Below are positions 9,424-20,811 of a stretch of DNA of 64,000 bases, in pieces; within the stretch, counting starts at the first letter, position 1; each line of letters begins with the position of its first letter. The position numbers and the translations under genes are program-made. This DNA comes from Candidatus Bathyarchaeota archaeon (GTDB lineage: Archaea > Thermoproteota > Bathyarchaeia > Bathyarchaeales > Bathycorpusculaceae), in assembly GCA_963815095.1 (NCBI GenBank), contig CAWFFH010000001.1:117759-181758 (forward strand), given 5' to 3'. The notes beneath the pieces were generated by a model. The model made no database searches and had not been told where the DNA came from. It saw only the letters and a list, made by a program, of their open reading frames with translations.

Positions 9424-10071
9424 TTATTTGTCGTCTAGTTCTGGAATTTGTTGCATAAGCATATCCCAGCCTTCTGCAACAGCAGATTTTATGAGTGGCC
9501 TGACGCCCGCGAACACTTGCGGGGGCATAAACATCTTCCAACCCCTTGTAACCGTCACTTGGTCGTTGAGGTTAAGCAGGGGAAATAACCACGCAATTGC
9601 CGCAGGAAAACGGTTAGGCGGAATTTTACTAGACATAATTCCACCGATAGTGACTTGTTGGTTCACGGTTGTTTTCTCTCTTAGAATCGGGTAGAGGTGG
9701 GCGTCTTCTTTGTCTAAATGAATCTTTAAATGCGAATTTAGAACCGCCGTGGCTCTGGTTGCCATTAGTTGGTCAGGTGATTTTTGCTGCCTCATCGTTT
9801 CCAGTGATTCGACCATTTTGTCGAGTTCTCGATGATCCATCAGGTACGCTCGAGCTACGAGTGGTGCGACGTCGTCGACTGCGGGAAAAACTGCTGCTTC
9901 CTCGCCCCTTGCATGGTAATCCAGGATTTCATTCATGGAATGTAGCCGATCCAAAACAGGTAATAGGTTCCCGTTGCTACGTGTAATGTCTAAGACTGAA
10001 GAATCGATTTCGAAAATATCTCGGCGGAATGCATTATGAAAACACAGAACTACATCCATAGGACTTGACAA
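9424..10071 (-). CDS. Hemerythrin/HHE cation-binding domain protein
   Basis: HNAFRRD, HARGEE..VFP, DHRELD and HLDKED..LYP. Confidence 0.88.
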   Translation of the reverse strand: MSSPMDVVLCFHNAFRRDIFEIDSSVLDITRSNGNLLPVLDRLHSMNEILDYHARGEEAAVFPAVDDVAPLVARAYLMDHRELDKMVESLETMRQQKSPDQLMATRATAVLNSHLKIHLDKEDAHLYPILREKTTVNQQVTIGGIMSSKIPPNRFPAAIAWLFPLLNLNDQVTVTRGWKMFMPPQVFAGVRPLIKSAVAEGWDMLMQQIPELDDK

Positions 10072-10191
10072 CTAAAAGACTCCATTATGGATAAACGCAG
10101 ATGGGGTTATTAATATTCCTAATGCGGGTTTGATTTGTTGATAGTAAGGTTATTAGTAATCTAAAACACTTATCCTTGTAGTGGTGGCTTT

Positions 10192-10758
10192 ATGGCAAGA
10201 AAAAAACTCAGCAAAAAAAATCAAACCTCAAAAGCTGAAGGTGGCCTTCTGCCAAACACGTTAGAACGAGAAACTAAAATCCTAAATGCCATGGCAAACA
10301 CGAGCGTTCTTTTGATGCGTACAATGATGGGGGCATTTACAAATTTAATGGTAGATGCAACAAGCGCGATGGCTTCAGGAATGGCAGAAGCGATGGGTGG
10401 AAAAGTTGTCGAAGAAAAAGTTAGCCAAGAAATCAAACAAGAGGTTCCGGAAGTTAACGAAAAAATTAAAGCGATGATTTCGGACATAAGAAAAGACATT
10501 TACGTCCAAATGAGGGAAAAGAGGCAGGAGTTTGAATCATTGTTTTCTGATCCAGCGTTTGATGTTGGACCGAGAATAATTGAAAAATACGACTTTAATT
10601 TGCCAAAGCTTACAGAAGAACTCGACGACAACTCTCTATCGCAGTATTCACAGTTGCTGATAAGTGAGGATATAGATTTTGCCAATATGTTCAAAGAACT
10701 GGCGGAATGGATTGGTTCCCTTCCTAAGCCGGATGAAGCAACTAAACTGAAAACTTGA
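10192..10758 (+). CDS. Hypothetical helical protein
   Basis: 188-aa ORF with GGTGG-like SD and a Met/Ala-rich segment. Confidence 0.7.
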   Translation: MARKKLSKKNQTSKAEGGLLPNTLERETKILNAMANTSVLLMRTMMGAFTNLMVDATSAMASGMAEAMGGKVVEEKVSQEIKQEVPEVNEKIKAMISDIRKDIYVQMREKRQEFESLFSDPAFDVGPRIIEKYDFNLPKLTEELDDNSLSQYSQLLISEDIDFANMFKELAEWIGSLPKPDEATKLKT

Positions 10759-11029
10759 AAAAATAGATCTAACATCAGCATCTAGAGTCCGATAAATAAG
10801 TATAATCAGCTGAAAATAGAAGGAGCTTAACCTTCACAAAATTGGAACTTTTCTTAAGAACCATTTTAAGTGGACGAGATTAGAAATTTCTTAGTGATTT
10901 ATTCAACGTAGGAAAGCCATAAAATTATCTTCTTGACAAACCTAAGAAATCCCGTGTTGAGGAACCTATAAGGCTGATTTCTGGTTAATTAAAAATAAAA
11001 GGACCCACTGCAATAGATAGTTGATCTGA

Positions 11030-11362
11030 ATGTTAAATTGGACAATCGTTGACTCAGATGGAAGCCTCTTTTCTAGAGGAAAACACGATTATTATGCAAT
11101 CCTTGTTCGAGGAATCCCTGAAGAGCATCCTAAAGACTGTATTATAGAACTTTATGTAACCGATAAAGAGATGACGATATCTGAGATTAAGGTCAGCGCG
11201 GTCAAGGAAAAAATTGAGTTATTATCGCGTTCTATCGTTTTGGTGGACTTGTTGCACGAGATGAGCGTAGGTAAAGTCGTTCAAGAAATGAAAGAGACTG
11301 CTGAGAAAAGAGAGAATGAGAATCCTTATAGCTCAATCTCTAACGATTATAGGTCAAGGTAA
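11030..11362 (+). CDS. Hypothetical protein
   Basis: 110-aa ORF with protein-like composition. Confidence 0.55.
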   Translation: MLNWTIVDSDGSLFSRGKHDYYAILVRGIPEEHPKDCIIELYVTDKEMTISEIKVSAVKEKIELLSRSIVLVDLLHEMSVGKVVQEMKETAEKRENENPYSSISNDYRSR

Positions 11363-11424
11363 AATCGTTTATATTCCAGTGTCTATTCATGAAATTAATA
11401 ATTATCAAATATTTTTAACGTTGG

Positions 11425-11889
11425 TTGATGATTATGGCGACTCCAGATGATTTAAAAGATATTCTTGATCCAAACGAAACCATTGAACTTTATATAAAAC
11501 AAAAATTTTACCACCTCGCGATCGACATAGACTCAGTTGTCATAACTAGTCAGAGAGTAATTTTGCGTCATCCCCACGCCCTCGGATTAAAAAAAGACTA
11601 CACCGACTACAACTATCTAGACTTTGAAAATGTGACCATAGACAAAGGCATACTTCGATCAACAATTAAATGCACCTTCAAATCGGGTGCACCCCCTCTT
11701 ATACTGATTGATGTACCCAAAGATGACGCAGAAAAAGCATACAGAACAATAAGAAACAACATTTACAAAGCTCAAACACAGGCCCTTATTCAAGAAACAA
11801 CTCCTACAATGATAATCTGTTCATACTGTGGGGCCAAAAATCAACCGGGCACTTCCAAATGTATTAATTGTGGAGCAAATTTGACGTAG
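11425..11889 (+). CDS. Bacterial PH-like domain protein with C-terminal zinc ribbon
   Basis: LDPNETI...VVITSQRVIL...DYNYLD...KGILRSTI, then CSYCG...CINCG. Confidence 0.78.
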   Translation: MMIMATPDDLKDILDPNETIELYIKQKFYHLAIDIDSVVITSQRVILRHPHALGLKKDYTDYNYLDFENVTIDKGILRSTIKCTFKSGAPPLILIDVPKDDAEKAYRTIRNNIYKAQTQALIQETTPTMIICSYCGAKNQPGTSKCINCGANLT

Positions 11890-12134
11890 AAGAAGAAAAA
11901 AAATTGTTTTTTTTAATTCATTATTTTTTCTTCTTTCAACTTGGTCAATTTCCAAAAGGGAACGTTTAGGTAACAGTGAAGAAGCGATCATTTAGTAAGT
12001 TGTTTTTCAGAAAAAGTATACGAGTTTTTTTAATATCGAGTTTTTTGTAGTTTTTGCCTAAAGCTTTAATTCTGAGAAAGCTGTTCATTTTTTTGTCGAG
12101 TAGTCGACTTATCGATAATTTTGGTGGTTAGCCT

Positions 12135-14726
12135 ATGAGTCTGAATAATTTTACTGTTAAATCACAGGAAGCCGTTCAGAAGGCGGTAGAAATTTCATCT
12201 GGCGGACGCAATCAAGCAGTTGAGCCGCTTCATTTGCTGAAAGGCATATTGCTCGTTGACGAAAATGTGGTTCCTTTCTTGCTTAGAAAACTTGGAGTCA
12301 ACTTTGATGCTTTCTCTGGTTTGCTTGATAAGGAAATTGATTCTTTACCTAAAGTGAGCGGTGGAGAGCAGTATCTTTCCTCAAATTCTAATAAGGTGCT
12401 TCATAAGGCTCAAGAGTTGGCCTCTGCGTCTAAGGATGAGTTTGTTTCCATAGAGCAATTGTTGTTGGCGATATTATTGTTGGATGATTCTGCTTCGCGT
12501 TTGCTCAAAGGCTGCGGGGTTAATGAAAAAGATCTCAAGTCTGCAATTAGTCAGTTGCGTAAGGGATCTTCTGTTAATTCGGCGACTGCAGAAGAAACCT
12601 ATAATGCTCTCAAAAAGTATGCCGTTGACCTAAATAGTTTGGCTCGGGCGGGTAAATTAGATCCTGTTATAGGTCGCGACAGCGAAATTCGACGGGTTCT
12701 TCAGATTCTATCTAGGCGGACAAAGAACAATCCTATTTTGATCGGTGAGCCTGGTGTAGGTAAAACAGCTATCGTTGAGGGACTTGCGCAGCGCATAATT
12801 AACGGCGATGTGCCTGAGCATTTGAAGTCAAAGCAGGTTTTTTCTCTTGATATGGGTGCTTTGATTGCCGGTGCCAAGTATAAAGGTGAGTTTGAGGAGC
12901 GTTTGAAGAGTGTTATTAAAGAGGTCGTTGGAGCTGAGGGCGATATTTTACTTTTTATCGACGAGATTCATACTCTTGTTGGGGCGGGCGGTGGCGAGGG
13001 CGCCATGGATGCGGCAAATATTCTCAAGCCAGCGTTGGCGCGAGGTGAGTTGCGTGCTATTGGCGCGACGACTTTGAAGGAATATCAAAAGTTTTTTGAG
13101 AAAGACAAGGCTTTAGAGAGACGTTTTCAGCCAGTAATGGTTAACGAGCCTAATGTTTTAGACACTATCTCTATTCTTCGAGGTTTAAAAGAGCGTTACG
13201 AAGTGTATCATCATGTTCGAATTAGAGATGATGCTATAATTGCAGCTGCTGAGTTGTCTCAAAGGTATATTACTGAGCGTTTTCTGCCCGATAAGGCAAT
13301 TGATTTGATTGATGAAGCGGCTTCAAAGTTGGAGCTTGAAATTAATTCTGAGCCTCAGGAACTTGAGGATGTTGATCGTAAGATACGGCAGTTAGAGATT
13401 GAACGTGAAGCTATCAAACAGGAAAAAAATGAGGTTAAGCTCAAGTCGCTTAATTCGGAAATTGCAAATTTGACGGAGCAACGTAATAGTTTACGGGCTA
13501 AGTGGCATTCTGAGAAGGCAATTGTAGATCAGATTCAGGTGAAGAAAAATGAGATTGAAGAGCTAAAGTTTGATGAGGAAAATGCTAACCGTCGGGGCGA
13601 TCTTGGAAGGGTCGCTGAGATTCGGTATGGTAGAATTCCTAATGCAACTAAAGCAATTGAGGATTTGAAGAAGAAATTAACGGGGTTGCAGAAAGATTCG
13701 GCGTTGGTGAATGAAGAGGTGGGCTCGGAGGAAATTGCTGAGGTCGTTTCTAATTGGACGGGGATTCCTGTTAGTCGCATGATGCAGACTGAGAAGGAAA
13801 AGCTGCTTAATATTGAAGCTGAGCTTCACATGAGGGTTATTGGTCAGGATGAGGCAATCCAAGCGGTTTCTGATGCTTTGCGCCGGAGTCGTGCGGGTCT
13901 GCAGGATCCTAAGCGTCCAATTGGGTCGTTTATTTTCTTGGGAACAACTGGAGTCGGAAAGACTGAATTGGTGAAGGCTTTAGCAGAGTTTCTCTTCAGC
14001 AACGAGAACAGTATGGTTCGGATTGATATGTCGGAGTATCAGGAGCGGCATACAGTTTCTCGGCTTGTGGGTGCTCCGCCAGGTTATGTTGGCTATGAAG
14101 AAAGTGGACAGTTAACTGAAGCGGTGCGAAGAAAGCCTTACTCTGTTGTTTTGCTTGATGAAATCGAGAAGGCCCATCTGGATGTTTTCAATATTCTGCT
14201 TCAGGTGCTCGATGATGGTAGATTGACTGACAATAAAGGTCGAACAGTCGATTTCAAGAATACCATCATTATTATGACTTCAAACATAGGCTCTCACCTA
14301 ATTCAAGAAAACCTGGAAAAAATTACTTCTGAAAATCGCGAGCATATTCTAAATCAAACCAAAGAGCAAGTCTTTGAGTTACTTAAGAAAAGCATCAAAC
14401 CCGAATTCCTCAACCGTATTGACGAAATAATAATGTTCCAACCCCTCACTCAAGAGGAAATTAGAAAAATAGTGGAGCTGCAACTTCAAAAAGTTCAACA
14501 AATGTTGGAAAAAACTAACATAAAACTCACAGCCACAAAAAAAGCCATAGACTACATTGCCAATATTGGATTTGATCCACAATTCGGCGCCAGACCAATA
14601 AAACGTGTGATCCAAAAAGAAATCTTGAATGAACTTTCAAAAATGTTGATCTCTGAAAAAGTCAACAAAGAAACAACGATTATTGTGGATGAAAAAAACG
14701 GTGAACTGATATTTAGGAATAAATAA
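12135..14726 (+). CDS. clpB: ATP-dependent chaperone ClpB
   Basis: Two AAA+ modules ([16 protein letters not shown]), coiled-coil M domain, [18 protein letters not shown] and GARP. Confidence 0.97.
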   Translation: MSLNNFTVKSQEAVQKAVEISSGGRNQAVEPLHLLKGILLVDENVVPFLLRKLGVNFDAFSGLLDKEIDSLPKVSGGEQYLSSNSNKVLHKAQELASASKDEFVSIEQLLLAILLLDDSASRLLKGCGVNEKDLKSAISQLRKGSSVNSATAEETYNALKKYAVDLNSLARAGKLDPVIGRDSEIRRVLQILSRRTKNNPILIGEPGVGKTAIVEGLAQRIINGDVPEHLKSKQVFSLDMGALIAGAKYKGEFEERLKSVIKEVVGAEGDILLFIDEIHTLVGAGGGEGAMDAANILKPALARGELRAIGATTLKEYQKFFEKDKALERRFQPVMVNEPNVLDTISILRGLKERYEVYHHVRIRDDAIIAAAELSQRYITERFLPDKAIDLIDEAASKLELEINSEPQELEDVDRKIRQLEIEREAIKQEKNEVKLKSLNSEIANLTEQRNSLRAKWHSEKAIVDQIQVKKNEIEELKFDEENANRRGDLGRVAEIRYGRIPNATKAIEDLKKKLTGLQKDSALVNEEVGSEEIAEVVSNWTGIPVSRMMQTEKEKLLNIEAELHMRVIGQDEAIQAVSDALRRSRAGLQDPKRPIGSFIFLGTTGVGKTELVKALAEFLFSNENSMVRIDMSEYQERHTVSRLVGAPPGYVGYEESGQLTEAVRRKPYSVVLLDEIEKAHLDVFNILLQVLDDGRLTDNKGRTVDFKNTIIIMTSNIGSHLIQENLEKITSENREHILNQTKEQVFELLKKSIKPEFLNRIDEIIMFQPLTQEEIRKIVELQLQKVQQMLEKTNIKLTATKKAIDYIANIGFDPQFGARPIKRVIQKEILNELSKMLISEKVNKETTIIVDEKNGELIFRNK

Positions 14727-14842
14727 ATCCCTTTTATCCTGTCGTCATCATTCTGAACTTTGGAATATCAATTTTTCCCTTCATTTCAAATAATTGAGTA
14801 ATGCCGCTTTTCTAAAATAGTGCTGCAAAGTATTACTTCACG

Positions 14843-15121
14843 TTATTGATAGTCAAGGCCCATGCGCTTCATAAAATCAAGAACTTTCGCATATTCTCTA
14901 AGATATTGTTTACCTTTTTCAGTTAGCTTATGCGTATTCTCTTCTTCAATTAGCCCTAGCTCTAGAAGTTCATTTATGTAGTTTTTCAACCGGTCAAAAG
15001 GCACACCCATTCTTACTTGAACTTGTGTTAATATTGTCTTTTCAGTTTTTGATTGTTCATTTAGTATTATCAAAAGGTCGCCGTAAATTTTCAGTTTGTC
15101 TCTCCGCGAGATTTTCTTCAT
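14843..15121 (-). CDS. Archaeal wHTH regulator (HTH_45-like)
   Basis: RRDKLKIYGDLL...LKNYINELLELGLI...LTEKGKQYL. Overlaps the upstream membrane gene by 4 bp. Confidence 0.85.
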   Translation of the reverse strand: MKKISRRDKLKIYGDLLIILNEQSKTEKTILTQVQVRMGVPFDRLKNYINELLELGLIEEENTHKLTEKGKQYLREYAKVLDFMKRMGLDYQ

Positions 15122-15789
15122 TCGGGAGACCTTCTATTTGAATAATTAAAGGTTAAATTTGAGACAAAAAGGAAAATTGTCAAAGCTGCTAAACGAAGTG
15201 CTAAAGCTCCATTAAATGCGAATATGCTGCCGTCAATCGACCAAATTAGCAACGAATATTGGCTAATTCCGAGTAAAATAAAACCAAACGGAATCCAGAT
15301 AGTCGTTGGATCTGGTTTACTTACGTGACTTCTAAGTGTATGGATTGAAATGTAAATGAGACAAATAATGTTAAAAATCCGAACGTATACTTGAGTAGCT
15401 TGATAACTTTCAATTGCAAATTTAGGAAGGACAAATGCTACTAAAATTGAAGCTGCAAGGGAAACAATTAGCAAACTAAGTGCTATATTCCATTTGACTC
15501 GGGAATTTTTTGAAGGTTTTTTTGAAAAATAATATGTTAGTACTAAGAAGGAATAAGCAAAAGTTCGAGATAAAAGTTGAACGTATGCTATTTCCTTGAA
15601 GGGAAATGTTTGCGAGAACGCTATGGCCCCGATAATGTATGAAACTCCAAGAAATCCAAATCCGAGAGGTAGTCCCAGATATCGCCCTTCCCCAGTGAGT
15701 TTGTAAGGTTTAATCATAAACCGTAAAAGAATAAAACACAGAATTGCTGAAGCTACTTCAACTACTGTCCGAATAGTTGGATCATACAT
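15118..15789 (-). CDS. Multi-pass (about 7 TM) membrane protein, paralog A
   Basis: About seven hydrophobic segments; RYLGLPLGFGFLG, TYYFS, HTLRSH and GISQYSL motifs. Confidence 0.8.
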   Translation of the reverse strand: MYDPTIRTVVEVASAILCFILLRFMIKPYKLTGEGRYLGLPLGFGFLGVSYIIGAIAFSQTFPFKEIAYVQLLSRTFAYSFLVLTYYFSKKPSKNSRVKWNIALSLLIVSLAASILVAFVLPKFAIESYQATQVYVRIFNIICLIYISIHTLRSHVSKPDPTTIWIPFGFILLGISQYSLLIWSIDGSIFAFNGALALRLAALTIFLFVSNLTFNYSNRRSPE

Positions 15790-16229
15790 AATAATATTAT
15801 ATTGAGTTCTGTTTTTCTTTTTATGTCTTTTCTACGATTGCTTCCAGGACAAAATCAGATGAAACCGAAGAAAGACCTATAATTAAACTGGGATCTCTAA
15901 ATAAAAAAGTGTAATTTATTTATCTATATATTTCTAAAATATCTATAAGTGCAAATGTTAGTCTATATAAGATCCAAGAATATACCCATACTCAATAATG
16001 TATTGTTTACCATTTGCTACATAGTCTAAATGAAGTCTTATTTTGTACTAATCCTAAGGCATCAAGGTCTGAAATATGGATTTAATCTTTCAGAATTATA
16101 TTTCTTATATTGAACTTGAATAAACATAATTTTTTCTTTTTTATTTTCAAAGCAGAGATTGCCAAGAAATCGCAATAAATTTTATTGCTAGCTTACACAT
16201 GATTTTTTTTAATCCTTTTTTAAGTGCTA

Positions 16230-16907
16230 TTAGAACATTTTTTTGGCGGTCCAAAATGACCTATAGGCAATGATTAGAAATATTGCAAACCCTGCCCAGC
16301 GAATTGCCAGTGCCCCCCACCATGCAGCTATGCTATTGTCGCTAGCATAAATTATAAGCGAATATTGGCTTATCCCAAGAAGTATGTAACCAAATGGACT
16401 CCATATTGTATCAATATCTGGTGTTTCTAAATGACTTCTAAGTGTGTGAGCACAGAGATAGACAATACAAATTAGATTAAATATTCTCAAAACGCCGCTT
16501 GTAAATTGATAGCTAGGTAGATCGACCTGAGGAATACTGAGCAGAATAACCGAAGTTACAAATAGGGTAATTAATAAAATTAGACTTGTATTCCAGAGCC
16601 ATCGGTTATTTTCTTTGCTTTTCCTTGAAAAATAGTACGTTAAACACAGAAAGACAAATGCGAAGGTTCTCACAATGGTTTGAAGATAAATTGTTCCAGT
16701 TCCAAAAAAATATGGTTGGAAATATACAAAAGCAGATAGCGCATAGGCTGCTCCAAGAAATCCGAATCCAAGAGGTAATCCAAGGTATCGATTCTGTTTA
16801 GTGATCTGGAATGGTTTAATCATGAATCTTAGAAGAATTAGGCAAAGAATGGCTGAAATAGTTTCATAGACAACGCGGAATGTTTGAAAAGCATAAGGGT
16901 CTACGAT
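16230..16907 (-). CDS. Multi-pass (about 7 TM) membrane protein, paralog B; probable ATC start
   Basis: Shares the paralog A motifs. The frame extends upstream of 16823 as IVDPYAFQTFRVVYETISAILCLILLRF, aligning with MYDPTIRTVVEVASAILCFILLRF. Confidence 0.78.
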   Translation of the reverse strand: MVDPYAFQTFRVVYETISAILCLILLRFMIKPFQITKQNRYLGLPLGFGFLGAAYALSAFVYFQPYFFGTGTIYLQTIVRTFAFVFLCLTYYFSRKSKENNRWLWNTSLILLITLFVTSVILLSIPQVDLPSYQFTSGVLRIFNLICIVYLCAHTLRSHLETPDIDTIWSPFGYILLGISQYSLIIYASDNSIAAWWGALAIRWAGFAIFLIIAYRSFWTAKKMF

Positions 16908-17042
16908 GAAAATTCACCATGTTTTAGTGTTTTTTAACAATCTTTAATGGTTGTCCCTAATATTTTACGCTCACTATACGTGAGTGTGTCTTATTAGTCA
17001 TTTCCAATGAGTAAGTTGTATAAAATTTAGGAGAAAAGAAAA

Positions 17043-19676
17043 ATGAAACTTAATACAAACAAAAAAACTGTTACTTTTATAATCACCTCTATTCTACTGC
17101 TGACTATCAGTTCACAAATGCTTCTATTACCCTCTGCTAACGCTCATACACCTGGATGGACTATACCGTCTTTTGCATACGTTAGCGTTGCTCCAACACC
17201 AGTAGGCGTTGGTCAAACTGTTCAGGTTTACATGTGGGTTGATACGCCCCTGCCAAGCGCAGCTATAACTAACGACATTAGACGCCACGGTTATACATTA
17301 ACAATCACCAAACCCGATGGAAACACTGTTACCCAAAATTGGGATTTAATCACTGACACAACTGGCGTTCAATTTTATTCTTACACCCCAGATCAAATCG
17401 GTACCTATGCTATAAAGTTCAACTATGCTGGTCAAAACTACACTTGGAGTGGCACCTACAAAGATGACTTTTTTGCTGCAGCTAACGCAACAACAACCTT
17501 AACAGTACAACAAGAGCTATTACCCTTACCCATTCAGACCTATCCACTGCCAACAGAATACTGGGCATATCCAATTGAGGGACAAAACACTATCTGGTAC
17601 ACTATTGCATCAAACTGGCTAAATGCCCCTTACATTCGCACTGGCGCAACTTCCACGGGGGGCGCAGGCTGGGGTAGATACCAAGCTGACGGTGTTGGAC
17701 CTGAGAGTGCTCACGTTATGTGGACAAAACCAATCCAATATGGTGGAGTTGTAGGCGGCAATAGTACAGCTATCCCCGGTGAAACCTTCTATATGGGAGG
17801 CTCATACAACGTAAGATTTAGCAATGCCATCGTCATGCAAGGAACACTGTTCTATCAAGAACCTTACGGCAACTCTGGCGCAGGCGGGGATATTGTTTCA
17901 GTCGACTTAACAACTGGGCAAGAACTTTGGCGTGTAAATTCAACGGCAACAGGTACCTCCATAGTTCCGACATTAGGCTATCTTTATTCCTTTGAAACAG
18001 GAAACCAGCACGGTGTCTTACCAAACGGTTTGCTCATTGCACCAGTTAATGTATTTGGTCAGGGAACTGTTTGGCGAGCATATGACCCAAGAACTGGCGT
18101 ATTGACCTCAATGAACATCACTAACGTGCCATCAGGCTCAGCTGCAGGTAACTTGTCTCCATCATCAGGATCGACAGCTTCAACTGGTGGTCCATCAGGC
18201 GAATACCTCATTTACTCATTGACTAATCTTGGAACAACCACCAACATCAACTATTACCTATCTCAATGGAACTCTTCTAACGTAATCGGAACAAACTCAG
18301 GTAACGGTGTAGGAACGTGGTACTCTGGAAATGCAAATGCAAGTGCAACATCAGCATACGACTGGAACATGTCAATTCCTTCGCTTAAAGGACAATGGAG
18401 CATCTTCCGAGATGTTTCATATAACAACTTGCTACTGTTGATTCAAGGCAGCTTCGGAACAGGTCCAAGAACCGATGGCGAAGGAGCTAACGTTACAGCA
18501 ATAAGTCTAAACCCCGCAACAAGAGGACAGGTACTGTGGACCAAAAACTATGCACCAGCACCAAACAACGTCACAAGAGCATTGGTAGCAGTCGATACAA
18601 TAGCTGGAACATTTGTCACTGAAGACAAAGAGACATTAGAAATTAATGGTTTCAGCTTAACAGACGGTAGTCACCTATGGACAACTGGACCAGTTGTAAC
18701 GGAGTGGGATACTCTAAGAAGAGACACTTTAAGCGCATATGGCAGACTCTACGCCTCGGGCTATGACGGAATACTATACTGCTATGACGACAAAACAGGG
18801 GATTTGCTATGGACATATGGTAACGGAGGCGCAGGAAACAGCTCCTATGAAGGCCTCGGAACAGCATACGGTCATATGCCAATGTTCGTTGACGTAATCG
18901 CTGATGGCAAAGTCTACTTAGGAACAACAGAGCACTCGCCTAACTCACCATTCTACAAGGACGTACGATATAGAGCCGTTAACGCTACAGACGGAACAGA
19001 AATCTGGACATTGACAGGTTGGGGTACAGGCATGTACGTTGGCGCTAACGACATTGTTGCCGACGGATACTTTGTCTATCTCAACTGCTATGACATGCAA
19101 ATATACTCTGTGGGCAAAGGACCAAGCCAAATGACAGTCTCAGCACCTGACGTATCAATAGCTTCAGGTTCATCTATCTCTATCAAAGGCACAGTCACGG
19201 ATATTTCTGCAGGCACAAAACAATCCGTACAAGCAGCGAGATTCCCCAATGGCGTAGCCGCAGTCTCTGATGCAAGCCAAAAACAATGGATGGAGTACGT
19301 CTATATGCAAAAGCCAAGACCAACCACTGTAACAGGTGTTCCAGTGACAATAAGCGTTGTCGATTCGAATGGTAACTACAGAGAAATCGGAACAACTACA
19401 AGCGACGCAGATGGATTCTTCAGCCTAAACTGGAAACCAGACATCACAGGGCAATACACAGTTTATGCATCATTCGCAGGCTCTGCATCATATTGGCCTT
19501 CCCACGCAGTAACCTCCTTTGCAGTGGACCCAGCAGCATCAACACCTGCCCCGACAGCAGTGCCAATCCAATCAGCAGCAGACATATACTTCATACCCGC
19601 AATCGCAGGCTTATTCGTCTTGGTTATCGTAGTAGCCATCGTACTGGCACTATTGATGCTAAGAAAGCACCCATAA
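17043..19676 (+). CDS. Secreted PQQ-like beta-propeller surface protein with Ig-like domains and C-terminal TM anchor
   Basis: Signal peptide, repeated D..TG..LW blades (VDLTTGQELW, DDKTGDLLW, NATDGTEIW), C-terminal TM and basic tail. Confidence 0.88.
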   Translation: MKLNTNKKTVTFIITSILLLTISSQMLLLPSANAHTPGWTIPSFAYVSVAPTPVGVGQTVQVYMWVDTPLPSAAITNDIRRHGYTLTITKPDGNTVTQNWDLITDTTGVQFYSYTPDQIGTYAIKFNYAGQNYTWSGTYKDDFFAAANATTTLTVQQELLPLPIQTYPLPTEYWAYPIEGQNTIWYTIASNWLNAPYIRTGATSTGGAGWGRYQADGVGPESAHVMWTKPIQYGGVVGGNSTAIPGETFYMGGSYNVRFSNAIVMQGTLFYQEPYGNSGAGGDIVSVDLTTGQELWRVNSTATGTSIVPTLGYLYSFETGNQHGVLPNGLLIAPVNVFGQGTVWRAYDPRTGVLTSMNITNVPSGSAAGNLSPSSGSTASTGGPSGEYLIYSLTNLGTTTNINYYLSQWNSSNVIGTNSGNGVGTWYSGNANASATSAYDWNMSIPSLKGQWSIFRDVSYNNLLLLIQGSFGTGPRTDGEGANVTAISLNPATRGQVLWTKNYAPAPNNVTRALVAVDTIAGTFVTEDKETLEINGFSLTDGSHLWTTGPVVTEWDTLRRDTLSAYGRLYASGYDGILYCYDDKTGDLLWTYGNGGAGNSSYEGLGTAYGHMPMFVDVIADGKVYLGTTEHSPNSPFYKDVRYRAVNATDGTEIWTLTGWGTGMYVGANDIVADGYFVYLNCYDMQIYSVGKGPSQMTVSAPDVSIASGSSISIKGTVTDISAGTKQSVQAARFPNGVAAVSDASQKQWMEYVYMQKPRPTTVTGVPVTISVVDSNGNYREIGTTTSDADGFFSLNWKPDITGQYTVYASFAGSASYWPSHAVTSFAVDPAASTPAPTAVPIQSAADIYFIPAIAGLFVLVIVVAIVLALLMLRKHP

Positions 19677-20811
19677 ATAAAAATCAAACCAAAATCCTTC
19701 CCCTTTTTTAGTCATTTAAAATGCATCGGAGATATAACATGGGCTGAGAGGACTCTGGCTAAGTATATTTACGACAATAGCCATAGTGTCGAAGAGCGTC
19801 TGCATTCGCTCTTTTTCTCCATTTAGAGCCAGAGTTCCAGCAAACCAGTATTCTCTGATGTCTCCTTTTCTTAAAATAAACCAACTTAATAATGTTCAAT
19901 AAAGTTTGGATGTGAATTGAACTCTCTTCTTGGAGGAAATCTCTCCCACATATGATCTTTTTTCTGCTTCTTCTTGTTTCAGAGAGAGAGAGAGAGAAGC
20001 AAACCAAAAATCTTAAGCACAACCCAATCGTCATACGAGTTACCTGGTAGAAGAAGATTGAAAATATTTCACTTCTTCTTCTTTAAAATGAGTATATCTT
20101 ATTGAGTTTGGAGTTAAGGTATGCTGAAATCAAGAGTCGTTAAGATATTTTGTCTGTAACTGTGAAGCCATACACTGTACTCTCCGGAAGGCAGAGTAGT
20201 GTTGAAATTTTAAGTTAGTATCTTTTCTGATGCGGGGAATTGAGCTGCAAATTGAAATGTCAAATACGGCGTACTGTTTGGCTTTTGAACCTCAATCATT
20301 TCACCTATAATTGACGCTACGGTGGCTTGATTGCAGTCTTTGACGTGTGCATAGTCAAACCATATGTCAGCCATGTAGAATGGTTTTGCATTGAGTGAGA
20401 GAATGAGCAGATTAGTACCGATTACTGAAAGCCTTTCAATGCCCAATATTCCAACGATAAAAAAAAATTGTTCCAAAGCTTTAAAGAGCACCCAAATTTT
20501 CCCAAAATTGCGCTAGGTATTAGAGCTTTAATTGTCAATATTTAAGCTAACAAAGTACGAGCCAAATATACAGCCGTGAGCACAAATGATAGTATGGCAA
20601 CTCTCAAAGCTGCAATGATTTCAAAAATTAGTCTAGATTGTTTCAACATTAGTTTCAGCTATATATTAGCCAATATAAGATTTCTGAATCCTGTGTACAA
20701 TTTGTAAACTCGATTTCGCCGGCGGCTTTGATTTTTTAAGGCTTCGTATGACCCTCACAAAATTAATAAGATAAGTCCAACGAAAAAGTAAATAAAAGAA
20801 AAGTTTTGTTT

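Noticed and set aside
19759-20650. ORFs 19759..20034 and 20210..20491 and a short (AG)n tract
   Set aside because: No recognisable motifs and stops in all frames; at most decayed coding DNA.
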